The notes under the pieces were generated by a model, which saw only the letters and a list, made by a program, of their open reading frames with translations, made no database searches and was not told the DNA's origin. From assembly GCA_016235545.1 (NCBI GenBank), contig JACRKB010000015.1, positions 840-64,839 on the forward strand: a stretch of DNA of 64,000 nucleotides, read 5' to 3'. Source of the DNA: Verrucomicrobiota bacterium. Lineage in GTDB: Bacteria > Verrucomicrobiota > Verrucomicrobiia > Limisphaerales > SXTU01. Of this stretch, positions 9,239 through 18,601 are shown in pieces (position 1 is the stretch's first letter; every line of letters starts with the position of its first letter). The position numbers and the translations under genes were made by a program.

Positions 9239-10054
9239 ATGAGCGCCGAGAGCCAGCCTGACCTGAAGGATTGCGGGGTGATTTATGTGGCCAAGGGTGC
9301 CCGCAGCTACATTGAGGAAGCCCTTGAGTCCGCCCGCTCCGTGCGCAAGGCGATGCCGGGCCTGCGGATCGCGCTCTTCACGGATGCGCGGCCCGAGGAT
9401 GTGAAGGGGCCGGTGGACATCATCCTGCCCATCACCTCCACGCGGAGCGGGTTTTCCTCCAAGATAGATCCTCTCCTGCACACGCCCTTCGATCGGACTC
9501 TCTTTCTGGACACGGACGTTCACATGGCGGAGTCGTGCGCGGATGTGTTCGCCATGCTGGAGCGGTTCGATCTCTGCGTGTCGCAGGATCCGTGGCGCGG
9601 GTCCTACAGTTGGGAGACGGTTCCATTCGCGTTCGCCACGACGAACACGGGAGTCATCGCATACCGGCTGACACCGGCGATCAAAAAACTGATTCTGGAC
9701 TGGGGCGAGCTGCACACGAACGAATACGCGAAGTTTCAATCCAACGACCAGCCCGCGTTCCGCAAGGTCCTCTTCGACTCGCAAGTCCGCTTCCTCACGC
9801 TCCCGCCCGAATACAACCTGCGCACATACCATCCTTGCATGCTGGGCGGCCACATGGGCCCCAAAATCCTGCACGAGCGCAACTCCCGCCTGCCGGAGAT
9901 CGCCTCGCGGATGCAGGAGATCCGCAAGCTCACGGGCGACCCGATCATCTATGGCCACTACCGCCCCCGGCTGATGTTCTTCTATTACTCGATGAAGGCG
10001 CGGCGGGTTTTGAAGCGTGTGAGCCAGCGCTTGTTTGGCCTGGGGAAGAAATAG
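9239..10054 (+). CDS. nucleotide-diphospho-sugar transferase, GT8-like
   Basis: 271 aa. IYVAKG...YIEEALESARSVRK N-terminus, DxD-like LFLDTDV, NTGVIAY motif. Confidence 0.5.
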   Translation: MSAESQPDLKDCGVIYVAKGARSYIEEALESARSVRKAMPGLRIALFTDARPEDVKGPVDIILPITSTRSGFSSKIDPLLHTPFDRTLFLDTDVHMAESCADVFAMLERFDLCVSQDPWRGSYSWETVPFAFATTNTGVIAYRLTPAIKKLILDWGELHTNEYAKFQSNDQPAFRKVLFDSQVRFLTLPPEYNLRTYHPCMLGGHMGPKILHERNSRLPEIASRMQEIRKLTGDPIIYGHYRPRLMFFYYSMKARRVLKRVSQRLFGLGKK

Positions 10055-10062
10055 GCCCGGTC

Positions 10063-11247
10063 ATGAACACTGAAGCCTCGCCCGGCCCAATCTCCCGCCT
10101 CGCGCTCCGTCTGCGGCGCATCACCAGCTCGGGGCGTTACCTGCCGGAGGTGGACGGCCTGAGGTTCATCGCCGTCGCCTGGGTGGTCTTGCTTCACGTC
10201 CAGGGCTTTGTCTTCGAGGAAATCCGGCACAACCACAGCGTGGCCGGGGACTTCGTCTCGTGGATTTTCTTTCAGGGACACCTTGGCGTTCCGCTCTTCT
10301 TCTCGATCAGCGGTTTCATCCTGGCCATGCCCTTCGCGGAGCACGCGCTCAAAGGGGGAAACCCGGTCCGCCTCAAATCCTATTTCCTGCGGCGGCTCAC
10401 ACGGCTCGAACCGCCCTACATCGTCTGCATGGTCGTGCTGTTTCTGCTCCACGCGATCCGCGGACAGCGGCCTTTGGGGGAGCTTCTGCCGCACTTGGGT
10501 GCCAGCCTTGCCTACCTGCACAACGCCATTTACCAGGAGTGGAACTTCATCAACACCGTCGCGTGGTCGCTGGAGGTGGAGGTGCAGTTTTATCTCATGG
10601 CTCCGATCCTTGCGCGTGTCTTCCTGCTGGGGACGTTCGCCCGGCGCGCCAGCATCATCGGGGCGATTCTTTTTTTCGCGGGGGCGGAGCCTGGCCTCTG
10701 GCAGGCAGTGGGCGTCTCCCGTCCTGATTTCTGGCTTCTGGGCCAGTTGCATCATTTCCTGGTCGGCTTCCTTCTGGCTGATCTCTACCTCTGTCCCGTC
10801 CCGGTCCTTGAGTTGAAGGAGCGCGCCTGGGATCTGCTTGGGCTTGTGGCGTTCCTGGCCATCCCGGCGTTTTATATTGTGGGCACATGGGGCAAGCTCG
10901 CGTTCCCCGGTGCGGTTTTGGTGCTTTACCTCGCAGCCTTCCGCGGTGGCTGCACGCGGGCGATCCTCCGCCAGCCCGTCATCGCCACGCTGGGCGGGAT
11001 GTGCTACTCGATTTACCTCGTCCACCTCCCGCTCATCTACATCGTCCTGGGCGTCACCAAGCGCCTGAGCCATTCCGACCACCACCTTGTGAACCTCCTC
11101 GTGCAGGGAACCATCGTCATCCCGATCATCGTCCTGGTCAGCTCGACCTTCTACGTCCTGATCGAACGCCCCTGCATGAACAAGAACTGGCCGTGGGACC
11201 TGGCCAACTGGTTCAAGTCCCGCCTGCGCCCCTCGCGCCCCGCGTGA
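10063..11247 (+). CDS. acyltransferase family 3 (polysaccharide O-acyltransferase)
   Basis: ATG 10063 inside ORF 9535..11247. VDGLRFIAVAWVVLLHV motif and about 10 hydrophobic helices. Confidence 0.8.
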   Translation: MNTEASPGPISRLALRLRRITSSGRYLPEVDGLRFIAVAWVVLLHVQGFVFEEIRHNHSVAGDFVSWIFFQGHLGVPLFFSISGFILAMPFAEHALKGGNPVRLKSYFLRRLTRLEPPYIVCMVVLFLLHAIRGQRPLGELLPHLGASLAYLHNAIYQEWNFINTVAWSLEVEVQFYLMAPILARVFLLGTFARRASIIGAILFFAGAEPGLWQAVGVSRPDFWLLGQLHHFLVGFLLADLYLCPVPVLELKERAWDLLGLVAFLAIPAFYIVGTWGKLAFPGAVLVLYLAAFRGGCTRAILRQPVIATLGGMCYSIYLVHLPLIYIVLGVTKRLSHSDHHLVNLLVQGTIVIPIIVLVSSTFYVLIERPCMNKNWPWDLANWFKSRLRPSRPA

Positions 11248-11434
11248 AACTGAGCCGCCCTAATCGTTCGCCGGGACTTAGGGCCGAACGGCATCGCGCT
11301 GTGTCGGACAGCCGTCAAACAACACGCGGCAAAAAAATGGTTTTGCAAACCAGCCCTGTTCTGTGGCATGAAGCGCGCCGAATTGAAACGCTCGGGCTCC
11401 CTTGAGGGCGTCAGAACGTGATTGGGCCACACAA

Positions 11435-13741
11435 ATGATCAGCCAACTACTGCGCACGGCGCTTGTCCTGACGCTGCTCCACTCGGCCCCCGCACGCCTG
11501 ATTGCCGCAGAGCCTCCCCCCACGCAGAAACAAGTGGAGGATGTGAGGCAGCAGTTGAATTTGGCGCAGCTCAGGAATGATCAGGCTGCCGTCGCGCGCT
11601 ACGACAAGGACCTCAAGGCCCTCGAAGCCCGCCTCGGCCTTGCCGCCCCGCCGGCCACACTTGCCCCGGTGCCCTCCTTCTTCTCCGCCCCTCCCGGCAG
11701 CACGGCACCGGCCACCAGCTCCACGTTGTTCAGCCCTCCGACCACGCCGGCAGCTGCTGTCACGCCGCCGGCTGTTTTGCCCTCGCCATCCGCACGTCCT
11801 GCTCCGCCAGCGCCCGCAGCCCCCGCACCCGTTGCGCCCAGCTTCACACCTGCCACTCCGAAGGCCGCCACGAGCGCAGTGGCACCGTTCGCCGGAACCT
11901 TCAGCCCTGCCACACCGGTGCGGCCTGGCAATACTCCCACCCAGTTCGCCGAGGAGCCGCGCCCGGCAGAACTGCCGCCCGCCGTCCTCGATCTGCGCGC
12001 CGCGCAATCCGAACTTTCCAGGCTGGAAGAATTCCGCATGGCCGAGAGCCAGACCTCCCGACGCAGCGCGCCAACTTCACCCGAGCCTCCCCGCAGCAGC
12101 TTCGTCCCGCCGCCCTCCGCTGTCATCGCCCCATCCAGTCCGGCCAGCCCGTTCACCTTCGCCCCCACGCCCTCTGTGAATCTCGTCGGCGGTGCCGATG
12201 ATCCCCGCCGCCGTCTCGAGGACATCACCCGCCGCCGCTCCGATCTGCAGCTTGAAGCCGAGCGGTTGGCCAAGGACAGCGTGGACTGGGAAACCCGATA
12301 CAACGCCGCCAAAGCCGAGCTTGCCCGCATCGAGACCGAGAACAAGGGCCGGGGTCGCCTCGAAACCATTCGCGAGGAAATCAGCCGCCTGGATTCCGAC
12401 GCCACCCGCCTGATGCAGGAGATCGAGGCCGGCCGCGCCGACCAAGGCAGGCGTGCCCGGGAAATTATCTCTGTCGCCACGCCCTCCCCCAGCCTGACAT
12501 CCCTCGTGCTCGACCGCCCCACGGTCCCGGCCTTGGGAACCACGGCACCCGCTGCCGCACCGGAGCGCAAAGGCCCGCAGTTCCTCCCCGTCGGCTCCCT
12601 GCGCCCGACGCCCCAAGCGGCCGGCGATGGAAACATCGTCCGCACCGGCCGCTCCGGCGGCGATCCCGTCGCCATCCAGCGCGAGCTTGAGCGGCTCAAC
12701 GAAAAGCGCGAGCTGGTCCTGCGCGAACTGGAAGAGGTGCAGGTCAAGTTCAACGTCGCCCAGCGCGAGCTGGCAATGGCGGGCCGCACCGGCGTCCAAG
12801 CGGACTTGGACCGCTGGACGAGGGAAACCGCCTCCCTCGACGCACGCTACAAGTCGGCTGCGGCTGAACTGGCGAAGATCGACGCCGACCAGCAGGGCCG
12901 CATCGCCGCCTTGAAGGGCGCAATGGGCAGCGATGACCCGGATGTCGTCAACCCAGGCGACGTTCTCCGCCTCGTGGTTGCCGAGGACGACTCCTACACC
13001 GCGAACTACCCGGTCAAAAGGGACGGCAGCATTGCTGTCAAGAACGTCGGCAAGATGGCGGCGGGCGGCAAGCAAATCAGCGAGGTTGAAGCCGCGATCA
13101 AAGCGGCCTTGGAAGAAAACCAGTTGACCAAGGCCACCGTCACACTGGAATTCGTGACGCGCGCCAACCAAGGTTCGAGTGGTCTGCCTGCGACGGATCA
13201 GACCCTCATCATCTACCTCGCCGGCGAGTTCATCACCCCCGGCCCCTTGAAAATCCCGGAGGGAGTCACGCCCACGCTCATCACCACCATCATCCGCTCC
13301 GGTGGCGTCACCCCTTCCGGCGACCTGACACGCGCGAAGCTCCTGCGCATCGAAAACGGCCAGGGCGCGGTCGAGGAAGTCAACGTCGCCGCAATTCTCT
13401 CCGGCAACATCCCGCCCGCAGACATCGCGCTGAACGCCGGGGACATCATCATGATCCCGGCTTTCGCCCCGGTGGTCTATGTCACCGGCAACGTGAACAA
13501 GCCCGGCACACTGCGACTCTTCCAGGACGAGACACTCACCGCCTACTCCGCAATCCTGCGGGCCGGCGGCTTCGCCCGCTTCGCCAACCTCAAGAAATGC
13601 ACCGTGGTCCGCGACCTTGGCAACGGCGAGAAGATGCAGATGCCCCTGAACGTGAAGGAAATTCAAAAAGGCCTGGCTCCCGACATCGTCCTTCAAGGAA
13701 AGGACATCGTCGTGATCCCTGAGAGCTTTTTCAGCTTCTAA
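11435..13741 (+). CDS. polysaccharide export protein (Wza/Poly_export + SLBB) with long N-terminal Pro-rich/coiled-coil extension
   Basis: C-terminal ~260 aa: PGDVLRLVV...YPVKRDGSI... and SLBB-like GGVTPSGDL, AGGFARFANL. N-terminal ~500 aa is P/A-rich plus two coiled-coil repeats. Confidence 0.75.
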   Translation: MISQLLRTALVLTLLHSAPARLIAAEPPPTQKQVEDVRQQLNLAQLRNDQAAVARYDKDLKALEARLGLAAPPATLAPVPSFFSAPPGSTAPATSSTLFSPPTTPAAAVTPPAVLPSPSARPAPPAPAAPAPVAPSFTPATPKAATSAVAPFAGTFSPATPVRPGNTPTQFAEEPRPAELPPAVLDLRAAQSELSRLEEFRMAESQTSRRSAPTSPEPPRSSFVPPPSAVIAPSSPASPFTFAPTPSVNLVGGADDPRRRLEDITRRRSDLQLEAERLAKDSVDWETRYNAAKAELARIETENKGRGRLETIREEISRLDSDATRLMQEIEAGRADQGRRAREIISVATPSPSLTSLVLDRPTVPALGTTAPAAAPERKGPQFLPVGSLRPTPQAAGDGNIVRTGRSGGDPVAIQRELERLNEKRELVLRELEEVQVKFNVAQRELAMAGRTGVQADLDRWTRETASLDARYKSAAAELAKIDADQQGRIAALKGAMGSDDPDVVNPGDVLRLVVAEDDSYTANYPVKRDGSIAVKNVGKMAAGGKQISEVEAAIKAALEENQLTKATVTLEFVTRANQGSSGLPATDQTLIIYLAGEFITPGPLKIPEGVTPTLITTIIRSGGVTPSGDLTRAKLLRIENGQGAVEEVNVAAILSGNIPPADIALNAGDIIMIPAFAPVVYVTGNVNKPGTLRLFQDETLTAYSAILRAGGFARFANLKKCTVVRDLGNGEKMQMPLNVKEIQKGLAPDIVLQGKDIVVIPESFFSF

Positions 13742-13812
13742 ACGGGCGGGGGTGACGTGACGGGCAGCCAGAGACCGACGGGACAGACCAGGTAGAGCAG
13801 CAGTAACTGATC

Positions 13813-15999
13813 ATGCTAGCAGGCGCAAAAAAACGGAAAGCGGACTTTACGGACGTGGTGATGTTTGTCGCCATCGCCTCGAAGCATCTGCGCATGATCA
13901 TCCTGCTGGTCACCCTGGCGCTCACTGCCGGCCTGATCTTCTACATCTTCAGCCGTCCGGTCTATTCCTCCAAGAGCATCATCAAATTCGCGGCCATCGG
14001 CACCCAAACCCCGGACGACAAGACCATTGGTGGAGATCGGTTCAATCCGGATCGCTGGCTGGGTGAGTTTGAGGCCGAGCACATCGTCAGGAAAACGGAG
14101 GCCGCGCTGGGCAACCCCCGCACCGGCCCGGGTCGGCGGGACAAGATCAAGCTGGTGCGCGCGGGCTTCGACACGGAGGGAAACATCGAGTTGTCGGTTT
14201 TCTCCTACGATCACACATGGGTGCTGTTGTTCCCACCCAAGATGGTAGAGATCTACGAGAAGTATGAGCTGGAGAAAATGGCGAACCAGAACAGTGCCGA
14301 AATCGCAAAACTGAACAGCCAGCTTGAACTGTATATGAAGGCGTTCACGGCGCAGGAGACCAAACGGGCGCAGGCGCTGGGCGGCTACGACGCCGAAACG
14401 CTGGCAGCCCGGATTCTCGAGCTTCAGACCGTGCCCAAGGAAATCGAGTTCTTGCGGAGCAAACTCAAGAGCTACGAGGAAATCCGCCTGAAGCTGCAGA
14501 ACAACCTCAAGTTGAGCGACAGCGAGCGGCTTTCACTGCTGAGTGGCTTCAACGACGAGGTGGGAGATGTGGGAGCCTTCATCGAGATTGATGACAAGAC
14601 GAAGCAGTCACTTTCCCCTGCTGCCCGGCCTGCCAACGGCACCGTCATCGTGCCTCCCAGTTTTCAGAGGGCAAGCATCGGCGACTGGGAGAATTTGGAG
14701 CGCCAGAAGCTGTCCTTGGAGCGCACCATCAAGGAGCAGTCGCTTATCTACCGCCCCGGCCACGACAAGATGAAGCAGCTCTTCAAGCAGAGGGAGGGCA
14801 TTGAAAAGGCTCTCAAGGAGGAATTGAACCGGGCGCTCGCGCGCTTCGAAATCATCGGGTTGAAGATGCACAAACGCTACCAGTCTCTGGACGTGCTCCA
14901 CCCCCAATACCGCGTGAGCAAGGAGCAATACGACAAGTATCTGCTGGAGAAGAGCCTTCTGGACAAGAGTGACATAGACTACCTGGCTTTCATCACAACC
15001 ATCAATCGCCGCAAGGCCGAGCTTGTCCTGGCCAGCAGCAACCAGCGGGTTCAGATCAAATTCGACCGCACCGAACCCAAGAGTTACGATATCCCCGTCT
15101 CGCCCAACCGCCTCAATGTCACTCTCATGTTTCTGGGCATCGGCATCGCCCTGGGTCTCGGCGTCCCCTTCCTGCTCGAGTTCATGGATCAGACTGTGAC
15201 GAACGTCGAGAAGATGGAGGAGGCCACCAACATCCGCGGCCTCGGCCTCATCCCCGATTTCGAGGACACCGTGGCGGAAGCCTACCCCCTCATTTTCAGC
15301 GATGGGGTTGCCAACCCCGACCTCATCGAGAACTTCCGCGTCGTCCGCACCAACCTGCTCTCCAGCGCCGCCACCTCCAAGTTCCCGCAGGTGATCATGA
15401 TCACCAGCACCTCCCCCAAGGAGGGCAAGACCGTTGTGGCCTCGAACCTCGCGATGTCCTTCGCGCAGATGGGCGAGAAGACCCTCATCCTCGATGCCAA
15501 CCTCCGTCGCGGCATCCAACACCACCTTTTCGGCAGCCGCTCCTCGCCCGGCGTGAGCAACGTCCTCGTCGAGAAATACGACGTGGCCGACGCCTGCCGC
15601 CCGACCACGATGGAGAACCTCCACATCCTGCCAAGTGGCGACCAGTTGGAAGGCGACATCGAGCTGCTCGGCTCGCCGCAGTTCGCGCAGATGATTGAAC
15701 AGCTGCGCAAGCGCTACCAGCGCATCATCGTGGACAGCCCGCCCGTGCTGGGCCTCGCCGAGACGAGTGTGATGCAGCCCGCGATGGACGGCGTGGTGCT
15801 GGTGATTTGGAGCGGCCAGACGCCCACGCGCGCCGTGCGCACCGCGATGGAAATCCTGGAGGCCAACCACGCCAACTTCTACGGCTTCGTGCTCAACCGC
15901 CTCGACCTGATGGCGACGATGAACCGGTTCCACTACTACTACTACACGAACCACTACTATAACCGGTATCAGAGCCTCACCCGCCAGCAGGGGAGCTGA
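13813..15999 (+). CDS. Wzc/GumC-type chain-length determinant fused to BY tyrosine kinase
   Basis: Two TM helices flanking a coiled-coil periplasmic domain. Walker A TSPKEGKT, A' LILDANLR, B IIVDSPPV. C-terminal Tyr cluster FHYYYYTNHYYNRY. Confidence 0.9.
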   Translation: MLAGAKKRKADFTDVVMFVAIASKHLRMIILLVTLALTAGLIFYIFSRPVYSSKSIIKFAAIGTQTPDDKTIGGDRFNPDRWLGEFEAEHIVRKTEAALGNPRTGPGRRDKIKLVRAGFDTEGNIELSVFSYDHTWVLLFPPKMVEIYEKYELEKMANQNSAEIAKLNSQLELYMKAFTAQETKRAQALGGYDAETLAARILELQTVPKEIEFLRSKLKSYEEIRLKLQNNLKLSDSERLSLLSGFNDEVGDVGAFIEIDDKTKQSLSPAARPANGTVIVPPSFQRASIGDWENLERQKLSLERTIKEQSLIYRPGHDKMKQLFKQREGIEKALKEELNRALARFEIIGLKMHKRYQSLDVLHPQYRVSKEQYDKYLLEKSLLDKSDIDYLAFITTINRRKAELVLASSNQRVQIKFDRTEPKSYDIPVSPNRLNVTLMFLGIGIALGLGVPFLLEFMDQTVTNVEKMEEATNIRGLGLIPDFEDTVAEAYPLIFSDGVANPDLIENFRVVRTNLLSSAATSKFPQVIMITSTSPKEGKTVVASNLAMSFAQMGEKTLILDANLRRGIQHHLFGSRSSPGVSNVLVEKYDVADACRPTTMENLHILPSGDQLEGDIELLGSPQFAQMIEQLRKRYQRIIVDSPPVLGLAETSVMQPAMDGVVLVIWSGQTPTRAVRTAMEILEANHANFYGFVLNRLDLMATMNRFHYYYYTNHYYNRYQSLTRQQGS

Positions 16000-16011
16000 G
16001 CCCACTCCGGC

Positions 16012-16980
16012 ATGAGTGGCGCATCGCAGCCGACTTCCTACTCCACGCCGCCCCCCGGCGTCTCGGTCATCATTCCCGCCTACAACTACGCCCGCTTCCT
16101 TCCCGTCGCAGTCGAGTCGTGCCTGAAGCAGGACTATCCGAACTTCGAGGTCGTGGTCATAGACGACGGCTCGAAGGACAACACACGCGAGATCATGGCC
16201 AGGTATGGCCCGCCCGTGCGCTACGTGTTTCAGGCAAACGCCGGCCTGTCCGACGCGCGGAACTCCGGCATCCGCGAGGCCCGCTTCGACCACGTCGCCT
16301 TCCTCGACGCCGACGATCTCCTCCGGCCCAACCACCTCAGCGTGTGCATGGCGGCCCTGGCGCAGCTGCCGCCCGACTACGCGCTCATCGGCTGCGACTA
16401 CGCGCCGATTGACATTGATGGGCAGCCGCTGGCCCACGCGGTCCACACGGCTGTTTCGCCCGGCGAAGTCCGGTTGAAGGACATCCTCATGCGCACCCGG
16501 TTCTCGCCCACGGGCGCGGTGGCGAAGAAGGAGGTCTTCACCCAGTGTGGCGGCTTCGACACCCAGTTGCGCAGCACCGAGGATCGCGACATGTGGATCC
16601 GCATCGCCGCCCGGCGCCGCATCTGGCACGTCGGGCAGGTGCTCATCGAGATCCGCAAGCACGGCAACAACATGAGCAACAATGCCGACCGCATGAAGAA
16701 CAACATGGCGGCCGTGCTCAAGAAATCCTACGACGCCGGCGTCGTGCCGCGGTCGCACTTCTGGTTCTGGCTGCAGGTCTTCAGCTACTGGCGCTTCCAG
16801 ACATCGCTCATCTACAACGGCATCCGGCAGCCGCTCCGCGCGTATCGGGACCTGTTCATCTCCGTGCTGCTCTGGCCCTTCTTTCTGAACCCGGCGGCCA
16901 ACGGCAACCCGCCTCTCTTCCGCCTCCGCGCCTTCCTGCGCTTCACGCTCAACGCGCTGCGCGGCGAGGTGAAGCCGTGA
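16012..16980 (+). CDS. glycosyltransferase family 2
   Basis: VSVIIPAYN, IDDGSKDNT, FLDADD (DxD). Confidence 0.85.
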   Translation: MSGASQPTSYSTPPPGVSVIIPAYNYARFLPVAVESCLKQDYPNFEVVVIDDGSKDNTREIMARYGPPVRYVFQANAGLSDARNSGIREARFDHVAFLDADDLLRPNHLSVCMAALAQLPPDYALIGCDYAPIDIDGQPLAHAVHTAVSPGEVRLKDILMRTRFSPTGAVAKKEVFTQCGGFDTQLRSTEDRDMWIRIAARRRIWHVGQVLIEIRKHGNNMSNNADRMKNNMAAVLKKSYDAGVVPRSHFWFWLQVFSYWRFQTSLIYNGIRQPLRAYRDLFISVLLWPFFLNPAANGNPPLFRLRAFLRFTLNALRGEVKP

Positions 16981-17036
16981 GGTGACGCCGCGTATGGCAG
17001 CCTCTTCGTCGCCAGCTCAAGGCCGGGTTGCCGCGC

Positions 17037-17114
17037 GAGTGTTCCGTGTTCCGTGCTCCGTGAATCTGCCTTGGCGTGCCCGGATGAACCGATGCAACAC
17101 GGAACACGGATCAC
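17037..17114. repeat. heptamer-arm hairpin (GTGTTCC/GGAACAC)
   Basis: Left arm GAGTGTTCCGTGTTCCGTGCTCCGTGA, right arm CAACACGGAACACGGATCAC. About 17/20 positions complementary. Confidence 0.7.
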
Positions 17115-17149
17115 ATTTCGTTGGAGGGAGAGCGACCAGCTTTCACTCT

Positions 17150-17362
17150 GCCAATTTCCATTGCCAGCCTGCGGGGTGCACACAGGACGCCACGAGGTGT
17201 GCCTTCTTTCTTCCTCGGAGGCTGGGAGAAGGTGGCTGCAGGCGGGATGAGGGGTGGAGATCGCCAACGCTTGCGCATGCCACCCCTCGCCCCTCCTCCG
17301 AGGAAGGAAGCCGGAGCGCGTCGCGGTTCCTCGCCCTTGCGCCGAATCTCATTCCGAAATCG
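17150..17362 (+). repeat. interspersed repeat, family A, two inverted units
   Basis: 17150-17238 matches 1170-1258 (rc). 17270-17330 matches 1160-1225 in the opposite orientation, so the two halves can pair. Ends with TCATTCCGAA next to the GT4 start. Confidence 0.7.
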
Positions 17363-17376
17363 TATTAGCCACCTCC

Positions 17377-18492
17377 GTGCCCCGCCGCCTCCGCATCCTC
17401 CACGTCGTCTTCTCGCTCGAACCGGGCGGGATGGAGAACGGCATCGTCAACGTCGCGCGTCGGCTGCCCGCCGATGAGTTTGAAGTCCACGTCTGCTGCC
17501 TCGAACGCGGCGGCGCGTTCGTCGAGCGGCTGCCGCACCCGGAGAACGCCGTCGTGCTCGGCAAGCCTCCCGGCTTCTCCGCCCGCGCCGCGCTGGGCGT
17601 CGCGCGCCACGCCGCCCGCATCGGCGCGCACCTGCTGCACCCGCACAATCTCGGCCCGCTCACCTACGCCGCACTCGGCTCCGGCTTCGGCCTCTGGAAG
17701 CCCGTCTTGCAGGGCGAACACGGCGTCTTCCAAGGTGATCAGGCCAGCCCCGCGCGCCTCCGCCAGCGCCGGCGCCTCTACCGCGCCTGCCGGAAAGTTC
17801 ACACTGTCTCCGAGTCGTTGCGGCGCTATTTGATCGAGCACGGGTTCCCGGCGGAGAAAATCAGCGCGATCCTCAACGGCGTGGACACGGAGCGCTTTCA
17901 GCCGGTGGAGAAGGCCGTCGTCCGCGCGCGGCTCGGCCTGCCGGCTCACGGCCAGTTCATCGGCATCGTCGGGCGCTTCGACCCCAACAAGAAGCACATC
18001 CTGCTCATCGAGGCCTTCAACCGTCTCGCCGCGCAGCTGGCCGACGCGCGCCTCGTCATCGTTGGCGACACGGGAGCGGAGCGGGAAAAGATTCATGCCG
18101 CCGCGCTGGCGAGTCCCGCGCGCGACCGCATCCACCTCGCCGGCTTTCAGGCGGACCCGACTCCGTGGTATCAGGCGCTCGATCTCCTCGCCGCGCCGTC
18201 CATCTTCGAGGGCCTCTCGAATGCGGTGCTCGAGGCGATGGCGTGTGGCGTGCCGTGCCTGGCGCACACGGCCTGCGGAAACGCCGAGGTCATCACCAAT
18301 GGCGCGGATGGTTTCCTCGCCCCGCTCGACTCGGCGGAGCTGCTGGCTGCGGAGCTGCGCCGCGTGCTGGCAAATCAGCTTGCTGGCGTCGGCCAGCGCG
18401 CGCGCGCGCGTGTGATGCGGGATTTCTCGATGGAGGCGATGGTCGGCAATTATGCCCGTCTCTACCGCGAGGTTGCGGGCTGGCCGTTTTGA
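17377..18492 (+). CDS. glycosyltransferase family 4 (GT1 fold)
   Basis: RILHVVFSLEPGGMENG N-terminus and EGLSNAVLEAMACGVP (E-x7-E). Start placed at in-frame GTG 17377 because upstream codons of ORF 17254.. are repeat sequence; start uncertain. Confidence 0.8.
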   Translation: MPRRLRILHVVFSLEPGGMENGIVNVARRLPADEFEVHVCCLERGGAFVERLPHPENAVVLGKPPGFSARAALGVARHAARIGAHLLHPHNLGPLTYAALGSGFGLWKPVLQGEHGVFQGDQASPARLRQRRRLYRACRKVHTVSESLRRYLIEHGFPAEKISAILNGVDTERFQPVEKAVVRARLGLPAHGQFIGIVGRFDPNKKHILLIEAFNRLAAQLADARLVIVGDTGAEREKIHAAALASPARDRIHLAGFQADPTPWYQALDLLAAPSIFEGLSNAVLEAMACGVPCLAHTACGNAEVITNGADGFLAPLDSAELLAAELRRVLANQLAGVGQRARARVMRDFSMEAMVGNYARLYREVAGWPF

Positions 18493-18601
18493 ACAATCCC
18501 CCGGTTCGCCAGTCCATCTCCGTGGCCGTCAGCTTGCTGGGTTCGCCGGACTTCCCGGTTGATTCCCACCCGCCGCCGGGCACATCCTGACGACAACACC
18601 T

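Noticed and set aside
14608-16758. 716-aa ORF antisense to the Wzc-like and GT2 genes
   Set aside because: Mirror-strand ORF typical of high-GC DNA. It has R/G/A/V/D-rich composition and no motifs. It is fully overlapped by two motif-rich genes on the other strand.
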